Source: a virus. From it: 31,572 bases of DNA. A program made the translations under genes and the position numbers. Location: IMG/VR virus record IMGVR_UViG_3300029171_000001; one strand, 5' to 3'. Below the pieces are notes generated by a model. The model was not told the origin of the DNA, did not search any database, and saw nothing but the letters and a program-made list of their open reading frames with translations. This document shows, piece by piece, positions 14,734 through 24,454 of this stretch (its first letter is position 1; each line of letters begins with the position of its first letter).

Positions 14734-17526
14734 TTATCTGTGTATTCCCTTACCTTGATTAACGTAATAATCAATATTATTAACTTTCTTTAATTGCTCT
14801 GAAACGGTTTTAAACAAAGCCTTAGCTGGAAGGCTTAAGTTTTTCACTGGTTTTCCATCTCTCATATTTTCACAATAAACCCTCACCTCTTTAATTGCTG
14901 TAGCCATTTGGAATTTATCCCTAGCTGCGTCTACCATATCTCTTGAGTATAAATCTAAATAACCCAAAATTGCTGAATGGACCTGGAAACTCTGTGTTTG
15001 TTCTGTGTTTTGTTTTACACCATTATCAACTGGTTTTTGTTGCCCCAAAGCAACAGAAGTAAATAAAGAAAGTGCTACTACTAAATTTTCTTTCCACCCC
15101 TCTTCAATTTTCTTTGGCTCCTTTTTAGGTAAAGCAACAAACGCCTCAACTTCTGTTTCTCCATTTGCAAGCCTAACCGAACATCTGTTATATCCATCGA
15201 GCAATATTCCATCAACAACCACTGGCTCATTGTGTAAATCGTCTTCGTGTGGCCCCTCATTATTTTCGATATCGGAATCATATCTACCACCTTCTTTTTG
15301 GTATGCCTCATAGTATTCTTTAAAACTTGCATCGCTATTTAATAAATCAATCAAAGATATTTTTTGTATTTTAAAACTTCTGTGAGCTATTAAATTTTTC
15401 ATAAAATAATCTGGCAGATCATTAGAGTCTGGTGTAATATTTCTTATATGGTTATTTACATCTCTACCTGAAAAAATCCAATCGCCGTTAATTTGCTTTG
15501 CTTCTCTTAAACTAACTTTATGATAATGATTAGAGTAAACATCTTCAGTAAGACCAAAATCAACTAAAACAATTGCGTCTTGTCCACCTCTTTTTACAAT
15601 TCCATATGAGTTTAATCTTTGCAAATCTCCAATTGGAAGATCATAGCCTCCTATAAAATTAAAAATAGAATATACAAACTCATCTTCCCACATTTGTTTT
15701 ACAATCTCAGGGTCAACATCCATTTCATAATTTGGTTTACCTTTTGCTTTAACCTGATTACCATAATTATTTATTGCAGCACAATAATCCTTAAAAGAAA
15801 AACCAACAATTCTTTCGAAATCTTCTTTAGATGCTGGTCTTGCTAATTCCATTTCCACCCACAAATTCTCTTCATCGTATTCAAACACTTGTGCCAAAAC
15901 ATCTTTAATGTCATAATAATTAGAATATTGTATTTCGACTTCATTTTGAGCTATACCCTTACCATTCTTTGCTAGTTTCAACACCTTATCGTTATCAATT
16001 TTATAAACTATCCTTGAAGAGCCTGCTGCCAATCTCTGTAAATTACTTTGACAATATTGAATACGTTGCTTAAAAGTTTTAAGAGCTTTAAAATAATTCA
16101 TATCAAAGTGTTGTGGGTATTCTTCATCTATTACAACCTCGTTTACTGTATCTACTTTTTTCAACAAATGCTTTTCAATAAAATTTATAACTCTCTTTAT
16201 ATCATTTACAGAATAAAACTCTCCAACTATATTTCCATCAGCATATAACAAGTATGAATTTTTATTCATTCCAGTTTTTGTATCTTTTCTAATTAAACCT
16301 ACGGCAACTCTTAAATCAATACCATTTAAATTTTTTCTAGCAACAGGATTATCATAATTGAACAGGTTTGTTCTTATATCTTTGTTGGCATTTCCAAAAC
16401 GTACAACGCCTGGAGGAAGATAATTTGATTCTATTTCTTTTTTTAAATCCAACGCTTGTTGTTTATTTAAAAACCCACCCTCAATTCCATTCTTATTTAA
16501 AACACTATTAATTTTGTCAATATTTGCCGCAACAACATTTTGTAAAACAAAAGATTCTTTAATTGTGTTTTTTACTATATCTCTTAACTCGTTTTTGCCT
16601 TCAACATAATGCTCGTAATGTTGTATCAATTGATTGTCGTTTAAATAATATTTTACATTTTCAGGAGTAAAATTTACAATTTCCCTGCCCTTAATTTCTA
16701 TACCATCATAACCAAGTTTAAGCATTTCTTGTTCAATAGAAGTATTGGCCTCAAATTCTCTTGCGTCTTTGTATTTTTTAAAAATCAAATTTTGTTGAAT
16801 CCATATCTCGGCAATATTGGCATCTCTAAAAACCATAGGGTTCTTTGGTTTTCCATTAACAACATAATAAACTGTCCCATACCCTTTTGCCATTGCTTTG
16901 TTACTAAGTGGTACCATGTATAAACCTCTTCCAAATCTTGCACTTGAACCGTTGGCGACATCTAGTGTAGAATCTGAAGATATGCCTCTATAAGTCACAT
17001 TTTTTCTTTTCCATTTTTTATATTCAGCCATGCTAGGATCATATTCCTCTTCTTTGAATATGTTTTTATTCGATGAATCCCACTCACCTTTATTTTTTAC
17101 AGATTTAAGTTGATTTGGCTCAAAAACAAACCCATCAAAATTTCCACTACCATCTGGTAGAATTGCTCCATCATAACCTAAACCTTTCAATTGACCAAGA
17201 CCATACTTTTCATATTCTTCCCAGCCAGCTGGATTTTGAATTGATGCGTATAGCTCCATGATGTGACCACTACCTGCAGCCCCAACTTCTCCAGCTTCAA
17301 TTGCTGACTTATTTGATGTGAACCATATGATCGGCTGGACCGACTTTTTTATGTTAAATTTGCTGAATTTTTTGCTGGTGCCGTGATAAACAACAATGGG
17401 CACCCCACCAGAGGAAACCTTACTACTGCCAAACCAAGACTTAAAATTGTCATTTAGATTATCTAGTGCTGGTTCAACTGCTTCTTTTAAAATTTGATTT
17501 ATGAATTTTCTAAGTTCAAATGACAT
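14734..17526 (-). CDS. multi-domain polyvalent protein (two ART-like, kinase-like, ParB-like modules)
   Basis: VYHGT...GYDG...PNQLKS; YRG...GRGLY; GSSRIVY...VLKLA...LVDFG; LLDGYNR. Confidence 0.7.
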   Translation of the reverse strand: MSFELRKFINQILKEAVEPALDNLNDNFKSWFGSSKVSSGGVPIVVYHGTSKKFSKFNIKKSVQPIIWFTSNKSAIEAGEVGAAGSGHIMELYASIQNPAGWEEYEKYGLGQLKGLGYDGAILPDGSGNFDGFVFEPNQLKSVKNKGEWDSSNKNIFKEEEYDPSMAEYKKWKRKNVTYRGISSDSTLDVANGSSARFGRGLYMVPLSNKAMAKGYGTVYYVVNGKPKNPMVFRDANIAEIWIQQNLIFKKYKDAREFEANTSIEQEMLKLGYDGIEIKGREIVNFTPENVKYYLNDNQLIQHYEHYVEGKNELRDIVKNTIKESFVLQNVVAANIDKINSVLNKNGIEGGFLNKQQALDLKKEIESNYLPPGVVRFGNANKDIRTNLFNYDNPVARKNLNGIDLRVAVGLIRKDTKTGMNKNSYLLYADGNIVGEFYSVNDIKRVINFIEKHLLKKVDTVNEVVIDEEYPQHFDMNYFKALKTFKQRIQYCQSNLQRLAAGSSRIVYKIDNDKVLKLAKNGKGIAQNEVEIQYSNYYDIKDVLAQVFEYDEENLWVEMELARPASKEDFERIVGFSFKDYCAAINNYGNQVKAKGKPNYEMDVDPEIVKQMWEDEFVYSIFNFIGGYDLPIGDLQRLNSYGIVKRGGQDAIVLVDFGLTEDVYSNHYHKVSLREAKQINGDWIFSGRDVNNHIRNITPDSNDLPDYFMKNLIAHRSFKIQKISLIDLLNSDASFKEYYEAYQKEGGRYDSDIENNEGPHEDDLHNEPVVVDGILLDGYNRCSVRLANGETEVEAFVALPKKEPKKIEEGWKENLVVALSLFTSVALGQQKPVDNGVKQNTEQTQSFQVHSAILGYLDLYSRDMVDAARDKFQMATAIKEVRVYCENMRDGKPVKNLSLPAKALFKTVSEQLKKVNNIDYYVNQGKGIHR

Positions 17527-17544
17527 ACCAATAAATAGTTTTTA

Positions 17545-17577
17545 AAAGCAAAAAGCTGGCCTTTTTGGACCAGCTTT
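17545..17577 (-). terminator. intrinsic terminator
   Basis: AAAGCTGG...CCAGCTTT hairpin with U-rich tail. Confidence 0.6.
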
Positions 17578-17586
17578 CAGCTTCTT

Positions 17587-17877
17587 TTAGAGGATCTCTC
17601 GGTTTTTAACCCAGATTCCATCTTCGAGTCTGTACAACCCTTGTGAAACCCATTTTCCATCAATTTGGAACATGTTTTCCAGGTGTTCAACTCTAATTGT
17701 CCAGATTTTTGGAAAACGGCTTAACCCAGTTTTTTCCTTAGCCATCTGTAAAGCTTCTTGTTCCGCTACCTCTCTAGTTTTGGTACCAGGTGTACTGGTT
17801 TCAACCCAGAAAGAGGGGGCTTGAAGTCCGAAACTGTTCGAGACTTCTACCCTCCATAGTCGTTGTTTGTTGTTCAT
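17587..17877 (-). CDS. hypothetical protein
   Basis: 96 aa ORF. Confidence 0.65.
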   Translation of the reverse strand: MNNKQRLWRVEVSNSFGLQAPSFWVETSTPGTKTREVAEQEALQMAKEKTGLSRFPKIWTIRVEHLENMFQIDGKWVSQGLYRLEDGIWVKNREIL

Positions 17878-17943
17878 AAGAACCCCATTGATAATTGATC
17901 ACTGGGGTTTTATGATGTATTTGTAAAACTAATTTTGACTATT

Positions 17944-18138
17944 TTAATCATTCTTTTCTTTTTGATAAACAACATCTAAAATTTCATAATACATTGTATT
18001 ATAAATATTTTGCTTTGCGATATAATCCAAATGTAATGTTTTTCTAGTTTGAGAATCCGTTGCATCTTGTACTAATTTTTCACAAACACACATATCATGA
18101 TATGCTACACACAACTCTTTTATTTTTAAGTGAACCAC
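17944..18138 (-). CDS. hypothetical protein
   Basis: 64 aa ORF, GTG start. Confidence 0.45.
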   Translation of the reverse strand: MVHLKIKELCVAYHDMCVCEKLVQDATDSQTRKTLHLDYIAKQNIYNTMYYEILDVVYQKEKND

Positions 18139-18178
18139 AATGTTTACTTTTAAATAACTAAAAATTTTATAAAACAGG

Positions 18179-18415
18179 CTATAGATTAAATTCTAAAATG
18201 CTTTTTTGTAGAATTTTTAAAAACCCATCTCTATCACCATCGCCATTTGAGTGAACTCCTTTGATTTCAAACAAAGGCTCTTCTTGACCTTCTTTATAAA
18301 ATAACATTCCATCCACAAGTGACCATAAATCAGAATTCCAAGACCAGTCCAACTTGTGTTTTACCATCAAATCTTTCATTTGGTTTACAAAATCTTCTTT
18401 ACTAATTTCTGTCAT
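18179..18415 (-). CDS. hypothetical protein
   Basis: ATGA overlap with upstream gene. Confidence 0.65.
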   Translation of the reverse strand: MTEISKEDFVNQMKDLMVKHKLDWSWNSDLWSLVDGMLFYKEGQEEPLFEIKGVHSNGDGDRDGFLKILQKSILEFNL

Positions 18416-18753
18416 AAATTAAAATTTGCATATCTAAACCCTTGAAATCCTTTCATTTCAATCGGAGCAATATGGTTAAACCTTCCTGATCTTTCTATAT
18501 AATTTCCTATTGGCCATTCTTTTCCAGTAGTTGTGCACTTAAAAGGTCCAGTTTTTGTCCCAACAATTTTCATCCAACCTTTAACTTCACCGTCGTGTAC
18601 AATATAACATCTATTACCAGGTAACACCTTTGGCATAGTGGGAACTTTGAAATTCATCACTTGAGATCCATCTTTGACCGCTTCTAATTCTTTTTCGTAA
18701 TCGTCCCAGGAAATAGTTTTTGGTAATGTAATTATTATATCTCTTCCAATCAC
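18412..18753 (-). CDS. hypothetical protein (possibly PUA/ASCH-like)
   Basis: 113 aa ending MKGFQGFRY; fold assignment tentative. Confidence 0.6.
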   Translation of the reverse strand: MIGRDIIITLPKTISWDDYEKELEAVKDGSQVMNFKVPTMPKVLPGNRCYIVHDGEVKGWMKIVGTKTGPFKCTTTGKEWPIGNYIERSGRFNHIAPIEMKGFQGFRYANFNL

Positions 18754-18844
18754 TTAAATACTTGTAAAATATAAATTAAAAGTTGACAAACTCCTGATAT
18801 TCCAAACATAATTGCTGCCCACATTTTTAAACTCAATTTATTCA

Positions 18845-19531
18845 TTATTTTTTCAATAATTCCAATTTGCCTTTCATGAACTGTTTCAAACTTGCTTCTT
18901 TACCAGTTTCATGATCGACAACTCTATCGTCTTTTTCACGATACGTTCTTTTTTTGTCTGACCTTTCACCACTTCCAATCTGTTCAGTTCTTACACCTGC
19001 AGATTCTTCATCGTGTCCAGTTTTATAAAAATTGTTTACCCTTTTCTTCATCTCCTTAAAAGCATCTTCTTTATTTTGATGTTGCTTTCTTCCATCTCTC
19101 ACAACTTTTATTCCCGTAGCATAGTGTGTCATAATAACACAACTATCCGTCACGTTCTTGTGTTGGCCACCTGCGCCAGAACCCCTGGTGAACTCAATTC
19201 TTACATCACTATCCTTGATATCAACCTCTTGATAAAAGGCTTCTTCTAATACAGCAACAGTAATTGTTGATGTGTGAACTCTACCCTTCCTTTCAGTCGG
19301 CGGAATTCTTTGCCAGCGATGACCGCCAGATTCATTTTCAAAATATTTTAGAACGTTATCTCCAGTTAGTCAGATGGAGATCAAACCAGGAGTTCAGTGT
19401 TCGTTGCTAACAACGAAATTATTATTTTTAGCTGCTTTGATATACATAGCAGCCATATCCCTGATGAGAAGTTTTGAGTCTTCTCCACCTTCTGCTGCTC
19501 TGAGCTCAAGTGTGATCTTTTGGTTTTTCAT
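18845..19531 (-). CDS. class I peptide chain release factor-like protein lacking domain 1, with two in-frame TGA codons
   Basis: one frame: ELRAAEGG...ESGGHRWQRIPPTERKGRVHTST...GAGGQH...RSDKKRTY; TGA at 19394-19396 and 19370-19372. Confidence 0.85.
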
Positions 19532-19571
19532 GACTGTATTATTTGAGTATAAATATACTGTTTTTTTACAA

Positions 19572-20021
19572 TTAATCCAACAGTTTGTCAATAATTTTTG
19601 TAGCAATTTTTGTCTTAATAATGTTTTCTATATCTAAAATTGGAATTTCCATTTTTTTAGCAGCCTCATCAAAAGAAATTTCGTTTTTAAACATTTGATA
19701 ACATGTGGAAATTATGTCATAACCTCTTCTTTTTATAGGATCCATTCTTTTTATAGCATTGCTAAAATCAGAATCACCAGACTCAACAAGGCGAATCATT
19801 TCCCAATAATCCTCTTTTAAGTTTTTAGAATCTTTGGCTAATGGATTTTCTTTTTCAATAGCTAAATCAATAGCGTTTAAAACTTTTTTTTCAACATCAC
19901 GCAACCTAGCGGCCTCTTCGTAGTTTTGAGATCTAACAATTACGTGTTTTTCTTCTTTTATTTGTTCTATTTGACTAACAAGCTCAAATACATCTTTGGA
20001 TAATTCTAAAAAATGCTTCAT
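19572..20021 (-). CDS. UVR-motif protein
   Basis: QNYEEAARLRD. Confidence 0.7.
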   Translation of the reverse strand: MKHFLELSKDVFELVSQIEQIKEEKHVIVRSQNYEEAARLRDVEKKVLNAIDLAIEKENPLAKDSKNLKEDYWEMIRLVESGDSDFSNAIKRMDPIKRRGYDIISTCYQMFKNEISFDEAAKKMEIPILDIENIIKTKIATKIIDKLLD

Positions 20022-20026
20022 GTGGT

Positions 20027-20055
20027 TTATACGTTTTTTTTGGATAAAGGTTTCA
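20027..20055 (-). promoter_or_regulatory. ECF-type promoter TGAAAC-N16-CGTATAA
   Basis: repeated motif. Confidence 0.65.
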
Positions 20056-20060
20056 TTTTT

Positions 20061-20891
20061 TTAAAATCTTGATATTATGTCTTTTAGATTAACCCAAACA
20101 GTAAATAAATTTGGTAACATCAAAGCGCTGGTGCAAAAATCAAACATATAACGATATGTAGAAAAAGTACTTCCAACAGTCACATTATCGCTGGTAACAT
20201 AAACAAACAACAAGGTTGTAACAGTGGAGTAAACGATAAACTGAATACATAAATTATATTTTGCAGAAATATTTGAATACTTAACACTTAACAACCTATT
20301 TGCCTCTAAAAATCTATTTAATTGAAACAATACTTTTCCGCTAAAAACACTTACCTGCTTTTCATTATAATTATTACGCTTTATTGTGACCCCAGCTATC
20401 CTTGGACTAAAATAAAACGAAAGACAAACAATCAAAGTACCAGCAATTAGCAAACCAACACCTAAAATGTAATTTATTTGAAAAACTATATAACAAGATC
20501 CAATAGTGCCAATTAGGAAACTAAAGAGCATTGACACATGCACCTCAAAAAAACCAATTATGTTGTCAAGCATATTATATCTTCCAGAAATTGTTGAGAC
20601 ATCAACATTCTTCTCATACATCTTTGCAATTTCTCTATTAGCTAAGTCTTTTCTAATTCTAGAAAACACTATTGTGTCGTATATATTACTTGCTAGAGAG
20701 GTAATCATAAAACCAAAAAACAGCGCAGCTAAACTTACCAGGCTGTAATAATCACCAACGATCATTCTATCAATCGTATTACCCAATATTTTTGGATACA
20801 AGAACATTAAAAAATTGGAAACAATAATCAGAAAGTAGGATAAAATAATGGAGTATTTATACTCTTTAAAAATCGTTAATAGTTTATTCAT
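20061..20891 (-). CDS. ABC transporter six-TM membrane-domain-like protein (no ATPase domain)
   Basis: multiple TM segments, YPKILGNTID, YDTIVFSRI, TVGSTFSTYRY. Confidence 0.65.
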   Translation of the reverse strand: MNKLLTIFKEYKYSIILSYFLIIVSNFLMFLYPKILGNTIDRMIVGDYYSLVSLAALFFGFMITSLASNIYDTIVFSRIRKDLANREIAKMYEKNVDVSTISGRYNMLDNIIGFFEVHVSMLFSFLIGTIGSCYIVFQINYILGVGLLIAGTLIVCLSFYFSPRIAGVTIKRNNYNEKQVSVFSGKVLFQLNRFLEANRLLSVKYSNISAKYNLCIQFIVYSTVTTLLFVYVTSDNVTVGSTFSTYRYMFDFCTSALMLPNLFTVWVNLKDIISRF

Positions 20892-20917
20892 TAAAGTGTC
20901 ACTTTTTAAACTTCGAC

Positions 20918-21589
20918 TTATTTCATTATTTTTTCGAGTACCTCAACTTCTTTTACAATTTGCGACCACTTCTCTTTTTTCATTTTCTTTCCATAATCAG
21001 AAATAAACTCTACTCCATCCATAAACTTCTTTTGCCCTTTTAAAAATTCTTCAACACTCAAATTCAGCTCTTTTGAAAGTCCTAAAATTGTTTGTTGCAA
21101 CCAATTATATTCAAACAACTGCATGATATCAGCGTCTCTAATAATGGCCTGGTATTTATTTAAATCTTTGTTCTCAATGACATATGGATACTGAGTGGCA
21201 TCCAGCATTTTATCTATAAACTCAAGATCTAAATTTGTTATGTGATTTTTTTCAGCGAATTCTCTTACTCCTTTTTTGGCATCTGCCACATTTTTATCAT
21301 CTTTGTTTTTTCCTTCTGAATGATTAAAATCGTGAAACATAGCTGCAACCAAACTAAGTACACCATTTTTACCATCAAGAATTCCTTCTGTTTTTAGTCC
21401 GTAATAAACATGCTTGGTAACAGTTAAAAGATGATTTAAATTGTGATATGGAGCATAATTTGAACTACTGTTTAAAATTATATATTTCAACGCCTTTGAA
21501 AGCAATTCGTATTTATCTATTATTTCAATAATAGAAAGCTCTTTGTCATCAAGCCCAGCAAGTGTTGCCATTTTTGTTTTTTGATCCAT
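20918..21589 (-). CDS. HD-domain phosphohydrolase
   Basis: YHNLNH...FHDFNH...IRDAD. Confidence 0.8.
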   Translation of the reverse strand: MDQKTKMATLAGLDDKELSIIEIIDKYELLSKALKYIILNSSSNYAPYHNLNHLLTVTKHVYYGLKTEGILDGKNGVLSLVAAMFHDFNHSEGKNKDDKNVADAKKGVREFAEKNHITNLDLEFIDKMLDATQYPYVIENKDLNKYQAIIRDADIMQLFEYNWLQQTILGLSKELNLSVEEFLKGQKKFMDGVEFISDYGKKMKKEKWSQIVKEVEVLEKIMK

Positions 21590-21591
21590 GA

Positions 21592-21873
21592 TTATTCTAC
21601 CTCTTCTTCTTCGCCAGGAATATAATATCTATTTTTATCGTAATTCCAATGCCTAGAATCATAAAAATTAAAACTTAACCACATTCCAAATATTTCAATA
21701 TTAAAATTTAATCCTGCGTGATCACAATGTCTAGTTAATTTAAAAATAAGCTCAAACCAGCTCCACTCTTTGTGTATCCCACCTTCAAACTCAATTGCTT
21801 TGTTCTTACCAACATATTGATAAAAACAAAAATGCTTATCCATAAAAGGGCTTTTAAAAAATCTCATATTCAA
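21592..21873 (-). CDS. hypothetical protein
   Basis: 93 aa, DHAG...YDSRHW. Confidence 0.65.
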   Translation of the reverse strand: MNMRFFKSPFMDKHFCFYQYVGKNKAIEFEGGIHKEWSWFELIFKLTRHCDHAGLNFNIEIFGMWLSFNFYDSRHWNYDKNRYYIPGEEEEVE

Positions 21874-21902
21874 ATATAAGAAACTCGCCCCAAAATAACA
21901 AA

Positions 21903-22169
21903 TTATTTATCGTATGTGTCTTTTAAAAACTGCCTTACAACTCTTTGATCCACAAGTTCGGCCCCAGCATTAATTGCAATTTGGATTTGTTCGCCACGAA
22001 GGTCGTAATGTGGTTGATTTTTTGACTTACCAGTGCGTTTATTTCTTTTGTTGCTATACCAACATTTATTCACACCGATTCGCTCTGCAAAAGCATGTAA
22101 ATTAGGAATTGTGTCGGCTACTAAATGAGCCCATCCTTTAGAATTTGGCAGGTGGATTAAAACTCTCAT
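21903..22169 (-). CDS. DUF4031-like protein
   Basis: HLVADT...LHAFAERIG...PHYDL; probable start MRVLIH. Confidence 0.7.
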   Translation of the reverse strand: MRVLIHLPNSKGWAHLVADTIPNLHAFAERIGVNKCWYSNKRNKRTGKSKNQPHYDLRGEQIQIAINAGAELVDQRVVRQFLKDTYDK

Positions 22170-22175
22170 GTTTTT

Positions 22176-22430
22176 TTGATAACAACACGGAGGTGGGAAG
22201 CCAGTCTTCCTACATGGCTGTGAGTTGCAAGTGCGTTTAGACATTACTGTCGCCTTGGTTTCTCACCGCCCTGGATTCGAACCAGAATTTAACAAGCACA
22301 CCTCGGTGCATTATCATAAATATTTTTCCTGTCAATACTAAGGCCTGTGTTTCCTTAAAGCTACGGGTTATCCATAAATGGTTTCCTTATCCGCCAGCGC
22401 ACGTCACTGCTTCATTTTGAAGCTATCAAC
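22176..22430 (-). ncRNA. candidate ~255 nt structured RNA with a T-loop hairpin
   Basis: TTGATAGC/GTTATCAA closing stem, CTGG-TTCGAAT-CCAG and several other hairpins; GC-enriched gap. Confidence 0.5.
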
Positions 22431-22449
22431 ATTATTATAATCAAAGAAC

Positions 22450-22560
22450 AAAACTAAGTGTGGGATTCGATTTTTATTTCCCTACCCACATTTCTTGTTG
22501 CTCATCCGAAAATCGGGAGTCAACTGGCCGCTTTGTTAATTTACGGTCTAACTTAGTTTT
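22450..22560 (-). ncRNA. candidate 111 nt four-way-junction RNA
   Basis: perfect 10 bp AAAACTAAGT/ACTTAGTTTT stem enclosing three hairpins. Confidence 0.5.
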
Positions 22561-22582
22561 TAACCTCAGAGGTTGTATATGC

Positions 22583-22611
22583 TTATACGCTATTATAATA
22601 TAAAGGTTGCA
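22583..22611 (-). promoter_or_regulatory. ECF-type promoter TGCAAC-N16-CGTATAA
   Basis: repeated motif directly upstream of the ncRNA candidates. Confidence 0.65.
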
Positions 22612-22617
22612 AAAAAA

Positions 22618-23517
22618 TCAAATATTTTCAGGATTAATATTCAAATCTGTATCTGGATTGTAGTCCAAATCTGAGTCATAATCTTCATCTTCAATTAAAT
22701 CGGATTCAGAAAAAATCAATGGCGCTTTTGGTTTATTTTCTGTTGGCGCTTTGAATGCTGTCTTTGAAGAATCGTTACTAACTGGTTTATCTTTTGGGTC
22801 AAGCAGTGTCAAATTTTTAAAGTGAGACAAAATCCTATCATTGTTTTCTTTGAATCTTATGTGAGCAATTTGTTTGTCTGTTTTGATAACAAAAGCCATT
22901 TGACCAGCATATTTTCCAATTTCTAGTCGCTCCTGAGGAGTCATTAATTTGCTTTCCAATATTACCCAATCTCCGTGCTTAAGATCTTTTAACAAATTGG
23001 CTTGCTTGGTACCATTTCTTGTTAAATAGTAGTTTCTAAAATATTCAAGCATCATTATTTTTCGATTTTCTGGAAGTGGTTTTAAAGGTTCATCGCTCTT
23101 TATTTCTTCTCTTTCCCACTTTGGTCCAATCAACATTGCTGTGGTACAAACCCCGCCAACTGGTCTAACATAATGCCAACCATCAATATGTGTCATATCG
23201 TAATAAGACCCACCATCTTCCATCAATATGGTACACATTTTTGGGGGCTCTTCAAGACCTGAGCCATAACCCAAACCCATTTCATATCTACCAGAAATAA
23301 CATGCATTGCGCTTGGCCATGGATGAGGATGAAATAACGCATCTTTGGCTTCACATTGATGGATCCAATGTAATAATATCCTGTAATTACCAATCTGCGC
23401 CCATATTCTCTCCACAACGGGTGGGTGATAATCAATCATTAAGGATTTCCACTTATTAGGGTCATTTAATAACTCCAAAATGACCTGATTTTCTATTTGT
23501 TGCAGTTTATTAATCAT
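22618..23517 (-). CDS. cupin-like domain protein with acidic tail
   Basis: FHPHPW...GRYE...WHYV; probable start MINKLQ. Confidence 0.6.
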   Translation of the reverse strand: MINKLQQIENQVILELLNDPNKWKSLMIDYHPPVVERIWAQIGNYRILLHWIHQCEAKDALFHPHPWPSAMHVISGRYEMGLGYGSGLEEPPKMCTILMEDGGSYYDMTHIDGWHYVRPVGGVCTTAMLIGPKWEREEIKSDEPLKPLPENRKIMMLEYFRNYYLTRNGTKQANLLKDLKHGDWVILESKLMTPQERLEIGKYAGQMAFVIKTDKQIAHIRFKENNDRILSHFKNLTLLDPKDKPVSNDSSKTAFKAPTENKPKAPLIFSESDLIEDEDYDSDLDYNPDTDLNINPENI

Positions 23518-23521
23518 TTTA

Positions 23522-23550
23522 TGTAACTTTGCATCGTAAATTACGTATAA
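23522..23550 (+). promoter_or_regulatory. ECF-type promoter TGTAAC-N16-CGTATAA with nested TAACTTTG
   Basis: repeated motif, on the plus strand before a plus-strand gene. Confidence 0.65.
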
Positions 23551-23572
23551 AGATACATATAATAGCACCAAT

Positions 23573-23818
23573 ATGAAAGAATTAGTTGATGAAAAAAATG
23601 ATTTTGTGATTTTTGCAGAGCCGATTTCTCTTGAAAGGATTTCTAAAAAAATAGCATTCTCATGTTCACAAATTAACTCACACGAACAGCAATTTTTACA
23701 CATAAAAACAGCTTGCGACATAAATGATATCCGCAAAAATTTGATTGGTGAAGACTATAAGTTACAAATTCTTGGGAAAAGAACTGGGATATCTTTCGAG
23801 GCTCCCTGCTTAAATTAA
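23573..23818 (+). CDS. hypothetical protein
   Basis: 81 aa, follows the plus-strand promoter. Confidence 0.6.
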   Translation: MKELVDEKNDFVIFAEPISLERISKKIAFSCSQINSHEQQFLHIKTACDINDIRKNLIGEDYKLQILGKRTGISFEAPCLN

Positions 23819-24454
23819 GCTCATTATTTTTTCTTGTGTTTGTGGGTCAACTGTATCCATAAAAGACATTAAATCCATTAAAACAGAGGGATTGTTCTTT
23901 TTATACGCCTTTTCTGTTGCGGAATCAATTACCCATTGTACACCATTTACATTTACAGTAGGCAGCGTGGGTTTTTCTTGAACTGGTTGTTTGACTTGTG
24001 TTGCAGTTGTAAGTCTCTTTAAATCTTTGTCTGTAAGATTAAAATCTCCACCTTTGTCTTTTTCTATATAATCTTTTAAACGTTCAATGTTTAAATGAAT
24101 TTGTGTGTTTTTTGGTTTATAAGCACTATCCCCAAACACAATTGTCTCCATGTCATTTGCTCTAATAACAGCCCACACAAAACTACCCTCTGAGTGTTCA
24201 GTTTTACCGCCAATCTCTTGGTGATAAACATATTTTGATGGTCCTTTCATTAAAAGCACACCAATATTATCTTGACCAGGGAAATTTACTTTATTTAAAA
24301 AATCAATCATAGATTTTACCCTATTTTGAATTTCGGGTTTTTCACTTTTAAAGTTGGTAAATTCACTCTCCAACCTATCAAACATCCTTTCTTTAAAGTG
24401 GCTTGTAGCAATCGCTTCCTTGATTACGTTTCTTATGTATACTCGTAGTCCCAT
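23810..24454 (-). CDS. hypothetical protein
   Basis: probable start MGLRVY after TATTTAT motif. Confidence 0.7.
   Translation of the reverse strand: MGLRVYIRNVIKEAIATSHFKERMFDRLESEFTNFKSEKPEIQNRVKSMIDFLNKVNFPGQDNIGVLLMKGPSKYVYHQEIGGKTEHSEGSFVWAVIRANDMETIVFGDSAYKPKNTQIHLNIERLKDYIEKDKGGDFNLTDKDLKRLTTATQVKQPVQEKPTLPTVNVNGVQWVIDSATEKAYKKNNPSVLMDLMSFMDTVDPQTQEKIMSLI

Noticed and set aside
13171-16923. Antisense and alternative-frame ORFs within the large genes
   Set aside because: Fully overlap long motif-bearing ORFs and show no recognisable features
19370-19396. prfB-type +1 frameshift
   Set aside because: Both halves are in the same frame and there is no CTT-TGA slippery site
18845-19531. 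Genome-wide UGA=Trp recoding
   Set aside because: Several genes end in TGA, including an ATGA overlap, and long ORFs are intact under code 11
22176-22430. tmRNA, RNase P or T-box call
   Set aside because: No Ala-type acceptor end, no RNase P P4 consensus and no T-box antiterminator motif seen
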